A stretch of DNA of 64,000 nucleotides, from positions 769,988-833,987 of the forward strand of contig NW_015159726.1 of NCBI RefSeq assembly GCF_001447785.1, read 5' to 3'. The DNA comes from Gekko japonicus (lineage: Eukaryota). Shown here piece after piece: positions 40,276 to 52,063 of the stretch. The translations under genes and the position numbers were made by a program. The notes below the pieces were generated by a model. It had not been told where the DNA came from and searched no databases. It saw only the letters and a list, made by a program, of their open reading frames with translations. Every line of letters starts with the position of its first letter. The stretch's first letter is position 1.

Positions 40276-43179
40276 ACTGGATAATGGAAAGGATGAGCTG
40301 TTTTACCAAACTGATTTTATTTTGTGTGTGTGAGAGAGAAAGACAGAGAGACTTGGGTGGGGGAGCTAGAAGCGTAATTTTATTTTTGAAGGCAGAAAGC
40401 AGAATAGGACATTGTTGTTCCTGATATACTCTGCTGCTATCCCAATTGAAATTAAAATGGCAAGGAGCATCAAGCCAACAATAAAACTTACAGATAAAAA
40501 CTGTCCAAATTCTTCTGGCTCAGTATTCTGCCCGCTGGTGTGCACTGTAAGCATAAGAGAGGCAGCTGGTGTGAACTGGTTCTCCTCCCCTCCCTTATGA
40601 ACAGGCCTAATTAGCTGAGATGACCCTGGGCTGTAATGCCACATGGTACTTGCTTTGTTTGATGCCAGATTTTCAGAGGTGAAGCAATCAAGAAAGGAAA
40701 AGATGAAGTCATTAGGTGCCCTCTAGTGGAACAGTCATGCAGTCTTCATTTTAAAGCAATGGGAGTCCACAAGTGTTTAAACAGGAATTGATACATTTTG
40801 CAGCCCACTCCAATGGTGCTTGCAAAAAGTGTTTGGTGCTGCAGCACTTGCATGGGTGCCAATGCCTCAGCATCCTGTGATGGACTGCTGGTATTGCTGA
40901 TGCAGGTCCAGGGTTCAAGCCCCCCTCACTCTTCTTTCTCTGTCCTCATTCCAACTTGTATTTATGTGTTTACCTCACCCACCTTCCTTCCCAATGGGCT
41001 CCCAGAGCAGCTTACAACATTCTCCCCTTCTCTGTTTTATCCTTAAGACTACCCTATGAGGTAGGTTAGGCTGAGACTGTGTGACTGACTCAAGGTCACC
41101 CAGCAGAGTGGGAATTCGAACCCAGGTCCTCCAGATTCTAGTCTAACACTAACCATTACACCACAGAGGCTTTTTTACAGAAATATGGGTATTGGGGAGA
41201 CGTCTGTAACATGTTGCTGATCATGAGGGTGGGAGAGGGTTCAGCATTGCCCCTGGCCTTGCTGATGTGTTGTGAGAACTATGGTATGTAGGCTATGACA
41301 TCTGGCATGTCTCTGAGTATGCCTTTGTGGATTTTTGGCTCCAACAATAAATTTCTGTGGCCGTGAAGGCTGATACATTTATAGGGGATAGTGTTTAGTG
41401 TCACCCTTCTCATTCCCCCTCATAACCCTCCTTGTGATCCGCTCTAGAGTGCAGCAACTGTTGAAGCTGAGAAACATCCCGAATATTTTTCTACATTAAC
41501 ACAAGACCATGGACCATGGACATTAACACAAGACCTATTGCATCAGTACAATAGTATGACAGTCATTATATGTTTTAATAGTTAGCTGCCTGGGTGGCCC
41601 CAAGTCCCACCTGCAGGCTGACATCCTGTACGGAAGCAATATGTGGTATTTTTCTTTGCCTTCTAGATGATTAACTTGCAATAGAGACTGTAAGTTGTTC
41701 CCGCTTGACCCCTGTGAAAGAGTGCTAATTTAACATCTGTGAACTGTTCCAGTTGAAGCCCTTGGTGTTTTTTCTTTAAGCGCTCTACACCTCCAAATAA
41801 TAATTAGTTATTTGGACTTGATTGGCTGGCAGGTTGTTTAATATCAGGCGCCTTTCTTTAGAATGGTACCCACTCACCTTCCAGATCATGTGGGTCTGAG
41901 AGCACAAAACTTTGTGAACTGTTGGTATGCTGGTATGTTTGTTTTCTCACTGTCGCCATACAGTGATTTGTTATTTTTCTTTTAATGATCTTTATTACAT
42001 TTTGTCAGGCTTTCTAAAAGCTGAAGTGTGGAGCAGCGTCGTTAATGGGTGCTTCCCTCCCCTACCCCAGAGCCGAACCAGAGACTGAAGAGGTGAACCT
42101 TTAAAGAGCAGAGTGCCTTGAGTCCTGCTAAAGTGAATAAGCTGTTCCTTGCCAATTTGAGGTCTGGAGCCCCTGTAGAAGAACCAAGAGAGAAGCTCCC
42201 AGGTCATACACATCCCTATAATCACATTGGAGGGCATGAGAGGATAAGGAATATTTCAATGCAGTGTGGTTTTCCCCTGGGTCAGTGAATGTTTTGTTCT
42301 GTCTGCATTTTTACCCTATTTATGTATTTATTTAGGAAATGTACATGTTGCTTTTCCACTAAATGTACTCACATAGACTTAAAACCCTCTTGTGATAGCC
42401 TTATATCCTTCTCTTAGCTGTCAATTCAGTTGCACAACTACCGGTCCATGTGTAATGGACTGGATTTTATTTTCATATTCGATTGATATATAGGCTGCCT
42501 TTCTGCAATATACTCCAAAGGCATGTTAAATGAAATAAAACCACAAAAACACAATAAAACAGAAAATAATACTGGCAGCATATAAAAGTACCATTCACCT
42601 TTTTAAAAAAAAGCCAAGATGACATTGAAAGTGAATGGCTTGCAAGATAAGGACAGTGTGTGCTGTGGGAAAGAGGCTTTTAAAAAGGTTTAGATGCATG
42701 TTCCTGTTCTAGAATGACACAGGGGAGTGCTCAACTGATAAGACATTTTTTAAAAGCTCACAAAATTGCATGGGCACAGAGATTTGCTTGTCACTGTTTG
42801 CATCCTATGTTGTGACTTAATGTCAATCAAGTATGCTATGTAGCCTGTATGGTTTTTCCCCCCATAGGTTTGATTTGATTAAGTTTGCATAAGACTGCTT
42901 GAAATTGCAAGGGTTCATAAAATTGGCTTGTGGGATTCCCTAAAAAGTTACATTTTCTCTCGCTCCAGCAGTTTTTGTCCTTGAGAGACAGTTACTTGGC
43001 CAGCAAAATCCAGTTTTTGTTGTTTCTTATGAACAGCTGGTCATCTGCCGACATAAATCCCAGCACAAAGTACAATGACACTGTGAATAGTTACTTCTGC
43101 TGTGTTTAAGGTATCATTTGTATGCTCAGAGGAACATCATGTTTTAGATGCTATATATTGTCTTGTTAACCCCAGAGAG

Positions 43180-43667
43180 TAGGTTTGTCAATCTCCAAGT
43201 GGGACCTGATATTTTCCTGGAATGACAAATGATCTCCAGATTATAAAGATCTGTTCCCCTGAAGAAAACGGCAGCTTCAGAAGGTGGGCGCTATGGCATC
43301 ACATCCCTGCTGAGCTCCTTCCCCTCCCCAGGCTCCATTAATTTCCCTACTTGGAGTTGGCAAGCCAAGGGGCTGGGAGGGGAAGGGTTGCCAGATCCTG
43401 TGCCACGGAAGTTCCCTGAGGCCAGGGTTGCCAGGTCCTCCTGCCCACCGGCAGGGGATTGTGGATAAGGTTGCCAGATCCTGATTAGGAAACTCCTGGA
43501 GATTTGGGGACGGAGCCTGGGGAGGACAGGGACCTCAGTGGGGTACAATGCCAAAGAGTCCATCCTCCAAAGCATCCGTTTCCTCCAAGGGAACTGATCT
43601 CTGTCGTCTGGAGATGAGCTGTAACTCCAGGGGCTCCCCAGGACCCACCTGGAGGCTGGCATCCCTA
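43180..43667. mobile_element. Cluster of AGGGTTGCCA-type hAT MITEs
   Basis: Repeated AGGGTTGCCAG / CTGGCATCCCTA termini; two related bodies in opposite orientation. Confidence 0.65.
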
Positions 43668-43839
43668 CCGTGACCCCTTATGGGGATAAAATGGAGAGGA
43701 TAAAGGAGGAGTGTAAGCGAAGTAATTACATGCGTTTAAGGAGACGTATAGATACCTATCCCTATACCCGTGTACTGCAAATTTCCCCCTTCCCATCAAC
43801 CAAGACCTGACCAGGCAACGTGAGGTCCAACGACGTGTA

Positions 43840-44800
43840 CGTTAGAGGCGATGTCTTATGGACTGCGCCGCCACCCGCCCGCAGGTCGCGCTAAGGAAGC
43901 CGCTCAGCGCCGCTCGGCTCTGCCCTCCAGAGGCGGTTGGGGGCGTGTTTGCCGCCTGTCGCGGGAATAGGCGAAGCCTCGCGCAGGCGCACGGCGGCGG
44001 CAGCAGCAGCTCCTCGCGTGATCTCGCCCGCTGTGCCGTCAGGAGAAGGACCCACTTTCGCGACCGGCTCCTGAGGCTCTTTCCCGGCGCCGTTGGCTGG
44101 GAGGGGGAGGAGGTGGGGCCCAGGCAGGACAAGATGAAGCGGGCGCTGGCCTTGCTGCTGCTGCTGTCGGTGGGGCTGGACTGGGCCTCGGCCCAGCCGG
44201 GTGGGCTGCCGCCGGCCAAGAAGCTGCGCATGGCCTACGCCACGGGGCCGCTGCTCAAGTTCCAGATCTGGTGAGCGCGGCGGCGGGGGCGAGGGAGGGA
44301 GGAGGGAAGGAAGCTCCGCCGAGGCCTGCTGCGCTGCCCGCCCGCCCGGTCTTGCCGGTTTGGCGCCTTTCGCTTTCCCTCACGGAACCTTCCCGGCTGG
44401 CTCCTAGGGAGCACTTAGGGCCTGGAGGGGGAGCGAAATAGTAGAGGGGGGAGAGACTAGGCCCCCCCGCGAGGCGGTGGGGGCTCGGCCTGTCGCTGCC
44501 TCCAGGTGAACAGCAGGCCCTGCATTCACTCGACGGGGAAAGGGGAAGCCGTGAGGCTTGGGGGAGTCGTGCAGCACGTTGGACTTTGAACGAGCCTGTC
44601 GGCATTTTTATGTTGCCCGTCGAAGAACCTGAAGAGCGCCGTGGGTGGTCCCAGCCCTCTCTCCGTTCGCTTCACTTACACAGCAGTCCTGTGAGGTGGG
44701 CTAGGCGGAGAGACCCTTGACCTGGCCGAGTCGGCTTCCTTGCTGAGCCGGGTGTTTGAACCCCGCCCTGGTCTGCCAGCCTGTACGGCTCCTCTCACGC
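43840..44800. promoter_or_regulatory. CpG island promoter of SELENOT
   Basis: CpG-rich block spanning exon 1; NRF1-like GCGCAGGCGCA at 43981. Confidence 0.8.
44134..44270 (+). CDS. SELENOT: SELENOT exon 1
   Basis: aagATGAAG...ATC TG|gtgag; MKRALALLLLLSVGLDWASAQPGGLPPAKKLRMAYATGPLLKFQI. Confidence 0.95.
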
Positions 44801-47800
44801 TGTGCGTGAAATAAGAAAGGGGGGGAGGGTTGAAGGAAAGAATCATAGACAGTGTCGTGTCAGGAATATTGGCAGATGGGAAGGCCTTGATGATAGAACA
44901 AGTGATGGGGGGGGGGATGGTTGATGGGAGAAGAAGTATAGGCTCCTCTGTAGGAAGATACCACCTGGTAGGGAGAATAGGGACGCCAGCTTTGATAAGG
45001 TAAGGCAGCATCTGTATGGTAGGGATTTCCATGGTGGGGTGAAGTTCCATGGAGATGAGGAGGGAATGTGCAAGCCTTGAGAATTTGAGGAAGAGAGCAT
45101 GGGATGCCCCAGGTCCCAGTAGTGCGTGTTTATAGGATCATACACAGAAGGACTTAATTGTAAGAATCTGGTGATATTTTAAACTTTCTTTTATAGTGAC
45201 TAAGATAAGGTGAGTAAGATAAGGCTGGAGAGCCAGTTTGGTGTAGTGGTTAAGTGTGCGGACTCTAATCTGGGAGAACCGGGTTTGATTCCCCACTCCT
45301 CCACTTGCACCTGCTGATGTGACCTTGGGTCAGTCACAAGCTCTGGCACAGCTGTCCTTGAAAAAGAGCAGTTTGTGTCAGAGTTCTCTCAGCCCCACCC
45401 ACCTCACAGGGTGTCTGTTGTGGGGAGGGGAAGGGAAAGGAGTTTGTACGACGCCGCCGCTCTGAGACTCCAAGTGAAGGGCGGGGTATAAATCCAATCT
45501 CCTCCTCTCCTCCTTCTCCTCCTTTACTTGGTGCTGAAAACTGCACAGCGTATTGCTCTGCCACAACTGGACCTGTCAGATAGGTGTTGCTCTAACTGTT
45601 CTGCGTTTTTCATTCAGACCTGCAGTCACAAGGTTGTTGTCCTAGTCAGGGAAAGATCATGTAATTTGCACCTCTAAGTATGATAAGAAAGTTTGTATGG
45701 AATTTAGGAATGTAAGGTGTAGTTGGTGATGGATTTTCCTGAGGCATTTCTAGGTTTCCAGGGTCTTAGCTATTGCTGCAGTGTCAGAAACACTTATTTG
45801 TGATTTAATTTTGAGATATTGTACAATATGAATAAAATTATTAAATTTGTGTGGCCAAACATATTTTTGGAACCAAAGTCTAAATCTGGTTATGAATTCA
45901 GCAAAATTACCAGAGCTGTTAAAAATCTTGCCCATAAAGTGTTGCTGCTTTTCTTTAATCCAAAAGGGGTTAGCTGCGTCAGTCAATCATAACAAAATTA
46001 AAGAGGAATCCTATAGTGCCTTTAAAAACTAACAAAAAAAATTCAGCATAAGCTTTTATGAGTCAGAAATTCATAATTTCAGATGTAGTCTTCTATTAAA
46101 AAACACTCTCATGAGGAACAGCAGCTGAAATTGGAGCACTGTTTTGATTTGTGTATTTCTGATTCATGATCTTTAGAGCTTTGTAAACTTGTGACAGTGA
46201 AGCTTTTCAAATCAAGAATGTTTCCACTTACAGCTATTTTTAACAGGCATCATTGCTGCTCTTGTGTACCAATGTTACATCAGCATAGCAACACATCACA
46301 GCTGGGACCAAAGGGAAGGAAAGCTGGATACATTTTGCATTTGTCTTATAAATTCCCAATTTTGTTACTTATAGAAATCCAAGTTTTTGTTATCATTTTT
46401 TAAAAATGACTGTTTTGGTTGAAGAGGGTAACTTAAAACAACATATCGCAACAATGTGAAGGCAAAATTTGTAGAAGAAATCTTTCTAACTGGCCTACTG
46501 TTGCAGTCCTAAAGATAGTGATTTGGAAGTAAGTCTTGTTGATACTGAATACATGTTGATACATATCCACCCCCATCCATCTTTGGGCATCGGGCTGGTT
46601 CTTGTAAATAACTTCCAAGTTAGGTTCATTAACAGGCAAATAAAATGTATTTCTGTTTCAGATGGTAGATATATGTAAATGTTCTGGATGGAGTTGACTT
46701 CTTTTGTACACAGGCGTTTAAATATTTGCTAGATGCAAGTTGCAATCATATTGGGTTTTGTTAGAGGTTTGCTATTAGTGGATTTGTAGCTGTTGGATAC
46801 TGTAATATATTCCATTATTATTAGTGCATAGTTAACCAATAAGCTGCACTGTATGAGCCAGCTGCAGAAATCCACACCTTCTCAATAACTACTACAAATG
46901 GACCAAAGAAGATAGAAGGCCACTGTACACAGTAGGAGCACCCAAACACAATAGAATTGTGTACAGCATTTGAATCTCTAAAAGATATTGCTGCACGAGA
47001 GAAGACATTTTTACCTTGTTGGAAAGTTCTTCAGTATGATCCTGGCTGCTTTTAGTTTTTGCAAAGGTTAACTTGTGGGCTGATAAGATCCAAAATGCCC
47101 TTTAAAAAAAAAAAAAGTTGAGCACCATCAGTATACATGGCACTTTACAGTTTTGCATAGGCAAAAATAGACAGGTTCCTGCCCCCTAAGGAGTCTGTAA
47201 CCTAAAACAGACCATTGGGAAAATGGAGAGAGGAGGAAGAGTTGAATGTAGGTAAATCAGCATGCTTACAATTTGTTTGCAGTTGGGTTTGAGTATTAGC
47301 AATATGAGGACTCTGTGGGGAAGGATCAGTGTGGAGGAAGTACTTGAAGACAAAGGGGTGGTATCACATACTTCTTCAGTGGGAAGGGATTTTCAAGCAT
47401 AGACGATGGAAAGGAAGACTCGGAAGAGANNNNNNNNNNNNNNNNNNNNNNNNNNNNNNNNNNNNNNNNNNGCTTTATGTAAAATGTTCTTAGAATCGTT
47501 TTGATGATTGATGAGCTGAAACTAGTAGTGAGTTTAATAGTGATAAAATATTTCTGTTCAGTGTTTCCTGAGGATACAGGCGGGTGTTTGAGGAGTACAT
47601 GCGGGTTATTAGCCAGCGGTACCCAGACATCCGCATTGAAGGAGAGAACTACCTTCCTCAACCTATTTATAGGTAAGCTAATTATGTGCTAACATACAGT
47701 CGCTAGTAGTTTGGATAGATTAAAGTCTGTAACATGAGGAATTAGCTAACTTAATATCTGTGACAAGAGCTGAATTGCAGGAGCACACAGATCTGTGAAC

Positions 47801-50800
47801 TGGAGCAATAGGCCTCATGCAACCAGAGCGTGCAAACTAATAATGATGTACTATTTTTGCTGTGCCGTGACCTGGATAGTTCAGGCTAGCTCAGTCTTGT
47901 CAGATCTCAGCAATTAAGCAGGGTCAGCCCTGGCTAGTACTTGGATGGGAGGCCACCAAGGAAGTCCAGGGTTGCTGCTCAGAGGCAGGCAATGGCAAAA
48001 CCACCTCTGATTGTCTCTTGCCTTGAAATCCTTGTAGGATTGCCATAAACTGGCTACAGCTTGATGGCATTTTACACTCACTTTCTGTTGTTGTTGTGGT
48101 TACAGGATAAAAGTATCTTTCAGAATGTTCACAGTAATGTAGAATAAATGTAGAGAGCTTTTGGCATTCTAATACTTTGAAAAAATATGTTCATCTGTTG
48201 TAATATTACAGTGCTGTCTCTTTTGTTGTTGTTCAGTCGCACAGTCGAGTCCGACTCTTCGCGACCCCATGGACCAGATCACGTCTCTTGTGTAGATTTA
48301 TGTTAATCTGAACCCAGTTGATTTCGATGGGTTTTATGCCATATTATTTATGTGTAAGATTGAACTGTTTTTTAAATGTAACATCTTCAAATAGTGTTTG
48401 TTCAGAAAACTAGTGACCTCTTCAGTGATTGATGTCTTTNNNNNNNNNNNNNNNNNNNNNNNNNNNNNNNNNNNNNNNNNNNNNNNNNNNNNNNNNNNNN
48501 NNNNNNNNNNNNNNNNNNNNNNNNNNNNNNNNNNNNNNNNNNNNNNNNNNNNNNNNNNNNNNNNNNNNNNNNNNNNNNNNNNNNNNNACTTTTTCCCTTT
48601 AAAACATACTGTGTGATGTGCAGACTGTGGTGGAGCGGGCTAAGTGCATCCACTTTCCCCTTTATTATCCAGTGCCATTTTGGTGCAGTGGAGAAGCCAG
48701 AAACAACCAGTCCTTGGAACCTTCAGAGGGAGATGGGAGGGGGAAGTTGCTGTAAGAAAAGGACCATTTAACAGATGCCCTGCACAGTTGGGGTCTCTAG
48801 ACCCTCTAGCCGGCAGGTTAGAAGTATTCCTGTCTCATCATCTGTCTTCAAGGACAAGCAGGCTGGGTGTAGTGTGGTGGCCTGGCAGGGCACACACTAA
48901 TGTGTAAGCTTTCAAACTCAGTATTCCTGGGAGGGGAAAGCTGAAGGCAGCAGGAAAAGAGGGAGACCCAACATGAGATGGATTGACTCTATAAAGGAAG
49001 CCGCAACTCTCAGTTTGCAAGACCCTGAGCAAGGCTGTCAACACTAGGACATTTTGGAGGTCATTAGTTCATAGGTCGGAAGTGACTATACATGTTCCTG
49101 GGAAGAGGGACTCTTAAGGTGCAAATTGACATCTTTATGGTAAAAGCTCCAGAAAACTTAAACTAAGCTGGGAAACCAGGGAGATATTTGTCTGTCTTAG
49201 CTTTCTGGCTGACTCTCTCGGTCTTGGTAACATTGTATCGATTAGTGACACTGTTTCTCCAAGTTAAGTCTCCCCCACAACTACAATTCTATGTCGTTTA
49301 TTCCTGAACACCAAGACCTTTGTTTTTGACTGCAGGAAAGTAAGTAAAGTTCAGTTCTTTGGTATATACAAGTAGACAAAGTTATAAAAGGTTAAATATC
49401 AGGGCAGTAGTGTCTCCACGGTGTGCTGGAGTCAGGTGTAATCAGCATCTGTTATTTACATCGCAGATGGCTAACATTACCAAATATTAACAGGCCGTTC
49501 ATAATCAAATCTTTGAGTTCTCAGGGTATTTTGAATTTGCCTGGTGGGTAGTACAGAGTGGCATGGGAGTTAATCCTCTTCACAATCTAATGTGCTACCA
49601 GTGTGGATCTTCCCGACAAAACCTAAAAGGCCTTAGGGTTAAGTTCACATACATAAACCTGTAATCATAACTGTGAAAAAACAAGACCCACAAAGCCAGA
49701 TGCAGAATGTCACACATACCATCTTCACTGCATAGCTGCTCAGTTGAAGACATGCTCAGGCTGATACTTCAGCCTAACATACCTTTAACATGCTTTACTT
49801 TTTGCTGTCACTGAGAATGTGGTTCACAAGAAGGGAAAATGAAAATGGAAACCTTTCTCTTCTCTACTCGAAATGCTAATAAAACCAAAATATTTGAGAG
49901 GTGGGTGAGTATGGGTCTTGCTACTTGAAAGTTATGAGCTTTTTCTGAGCTTTTGCAAATAAGAATTTGGGTCTTGGATTTTCGTGCCCTTTCCTGCTGC
50001 TGCCAAAAAACAATGACCCCACTGGGGCTGTTGGGAGAAGTCCTGAAAGAGCAGAATGCAGTTACACTGCCGAGTGAGTAGTTTGACTGCTTTGCTGTTG
50101 AACTGGGACGGTGATCCAAAAAGCATCCTGAGTTTTAGAAATTCTGAACAATTTATTTGAAATAACTGGGGTAAGGAATGGGTTGTATGATATCCTGGAC
50201 CTGTATGTAGCTTATCTAAGGAGCTATAGCCTTGTTATGATTAGCTGAAACTTAACCGTTGACTGTGAGATCTTTGAGTGCCATGTTGCCAAGGATTGCA
50301 TCATTTTTCATCCTTGGTGTATGAGAACAAAAGCATATCTAACTGGCTTGTGTAAAGGGAGCAATACCGCTAGGGCTTAAAGCCGAACCTGTAGTGAGTC
50401 ATGTTGACAGTAGTCTGGTTGTGAATATATATTATGGGCATTTGTTTATCCACTTAGTAAGGGAGACTATATATTATAAACGGTACCTTTCTTGTAGTGT
50501 ATTTCCTGTTGGAGTGCATCTTCTGTTATGTTTTTATGATAGTAGGGCAGCTACTGAGTTCAGTTGCATAATTTGAACACAGCAGCTGAGATTAATACTC
50601 CTCACTTCTAGGTCTATGCTTGTATGATGGTTTTCTTCCTGAGCAACATGATTGAGAACCAATGTATGTCAACAGGTGCATTTGAAATAACTTTAAATGG
50701 TAAGTTTTGAACAGCTTTTTAGCCCATGAACACAGTCCTCTTGTCTGTAGGGTCTATATGTGTATGTATAGGGGGTCAAGATACATGTTACCCGGGAGGA

Positions 50801-51556
50801 AGAAGTAGCATGAGGCTTAGGCTTGTTGTGCCTCACAGCACAAAAGAATTGTTCATTATGGAAGTCATGAATGAACTCCCTTAAATGTTGACAGATAACT
50901 ACATGTGAACTAAAACCTAAACTATTAAAACATTTCTATCCCGCCTTAGCTTCTTGGACTCAAGGTGGTGAACAGTGTAGCACCCAAATTGCAAAGGCAT
51001 AAACACAATTTACCAATTTAAAAACTTTCAGACTTAATACTCCTAAAAGTACACAGGGTTGGCAGACTTACAGCCAAATCTGCTGGAAAGGTTTGCCCTC
51101 CACCCAATCCTTTCTGTAAGAGGGCTACCTTACATTCCTTGCTCAACTTGGAAAGGGAAGATCACCTTTCCAAAGGGCTGGGCTCACCACAGGAAAGGCC
51201 CAGAAAGTGTTGGTCAGCATTAAAGTTCAAAGTTTTGTGTTGAACTTTCTCCAGGAAGTGTTTTTGAATCTTTGCTTAGTAGAGATGGAAGCACTGTATC
51301 TTAGTTGAATATAGTAAAACTAAAAGCTTATAAAAGTAGTTTTGTTTTTGGGAACAGTTGGCTATGCCTGCACCATAGGAAAGCAGACAAGTTATTAAGG
51401 ATTTTCTCTTCCTTCCTGTCTTTCTCCTTAGATGTCCCAGTATGGTCTAAGTTGGAGTCTGGTCACCTTCCTTCCATGCAGCAGCTTGTTCAGATCCTTG
51501 ATAATGAAATGAAACTCAATGTGCACATGGAGCAAATACCGCATCATCGATCGTAG
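44134..51556 (+). CDS. SELENOT: Selenoprotein T (thioredoxin-like, CxxU): join(44134..44270, 47562..47672, [exon 3 in gap], 50612..50699, 51432..51556)
   Basis: Signal peptide + ATGPLLKFQIC|VSU GYRRVFEEYMRVISQRYPDIRIEGENYLPQPIY; VYACMMVFFLSNMIENQCMSTGAFEITLN; DVPVWSKLESGHLPSMQQLVQILDNEMKLNVHM. In-frame TGA at 47569-47571 and a SECIS downstream. Confidence 0.96.
45227..45522 (+). mobile_element. Squam3-like SINE (full length)
   Basis: GGAGAGCCAGTTTGGTGTAGTGGTTAAG (A box)...GGTTTGATTCCC (B box)...(CTC)n tail. Confidence 0.88.
47430..47471. other. Assembly gap (42 N)
   Basis: Run of N. Confidence 1.
47562..47672 (+). CDS. SELENOT: SELENOT exon 2 with Sec codon TGA at 47569-47571
   Basis: ttcag|T GTT TCC TGA GGA TAC...TAT AG|gtaag. 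Confidence 0.96.
47869..48076 (+). mobile_element. 5S rRNA-derived SINE
   Basis: TAAGCAGGGTCAGCCCTGGCTAGTACTTGGATGGGAG head plus GCAATGGCAAAACCACCTCTG body. Confidence 0.8.
48223..48285 (-). mobile_element. RTE/BovB-type LINE 3' end
   Basis: TTGTTGTTGTTCAGTCG...GTCCGACTCTTCGCGACCCCATGGAC. Confidence 0.7.
48440..48587. other. Assembly gap (148 N), probably containing SELENOT coding exon 3
   Basis: Run of N; the expected exon is absent from all readable sequence between exons 2 and 4. Confidence 0.9.
50612..50699 (+). CDS. SELENOT: SELENOT exon 4
   Basis: ctag|GTC TAT GCT...AAT G|gtaag. Confidence 0.95.
51432..51556 (+). CDS. SELENOT: SELENOT exon 5 (stop); exon continues to donor at 51584, 3'UTR exon starts 51954
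   Basis: ttag|AT GTC CCA...TCG TAG; ctctt|gtaagt; tttcag| acceptor at 51953. Confidence 0.95.
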
Positions 51557-51976
51557 CCCCATCCATCAGTACTGAAAACCTCTTGTAAGTTTGGGTTGAA
51601 GATTTCTCAGTGAGGCATTGATCTGGGGTATAAAATACATCATAAATGTGCTGTAAATAAGTTCTGTTTCAGATAAAGCACCATGTTTCTGATCAGAAGG
51701 AGCTTTTAGAACATCCTGGGAGGCAGCATTTTCCTTTATTTAATTGTCCTCACTAGTTTCTTAAGGGATTTGTTTCTTGTAGCATTTTCAGTGTGTAGGA
51801 GTTCATTATTTAGCTTTCAGGCCTTCTGTTATTAATTGAATATTGTGTGGCTTCCTTGGCGATGCTGGGGTATAGAACATATTTGGATTTTTTCCCATTG
51901 ATCTTTCTTTGTTTATGGAACTTCCTGGTAAGTTTGTTTTGCTGTGTTTTCAGACATTAAGAGACACTTTCCAAAG

Positions 51977-52063
51977 GCAGCATGAACGAAATGAATGATG
52001 GCCTGTACTGAAGACAGCAAGCTGTTGGTACAGACTGGATGCTCTCCTCGCCTTCATGTTGTT
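51977..52063 (+). promoter_or_regulatory. SECIS element (type 2) of SELENOT
   Basis: AUGA core at 51995; helix II GGCCUGUACU/GGUACAGACU; unpaired AA; ministem GACAGC/GCUGUU; GA at 52038-52039; lower helix GCAGCAUGAA/UUCAUGUUGU. Confidence 0.93.

Noticed and set aside
43858-44133. 92-codon N-terminal extension of SELENOT from the upstream in-frame ATG
   Set aside because: It lies in GC-rich promoter sequence, probably upstream of the TSS, and would bury the signal peptide. ATG 44134 gives the expected protein length.
45227-45300. tRNA genes (also ~61213-61290)
   Set aside because: A and B boxes are present but there is no complete cloverleaf, and each is followed by a SINE body and tail.
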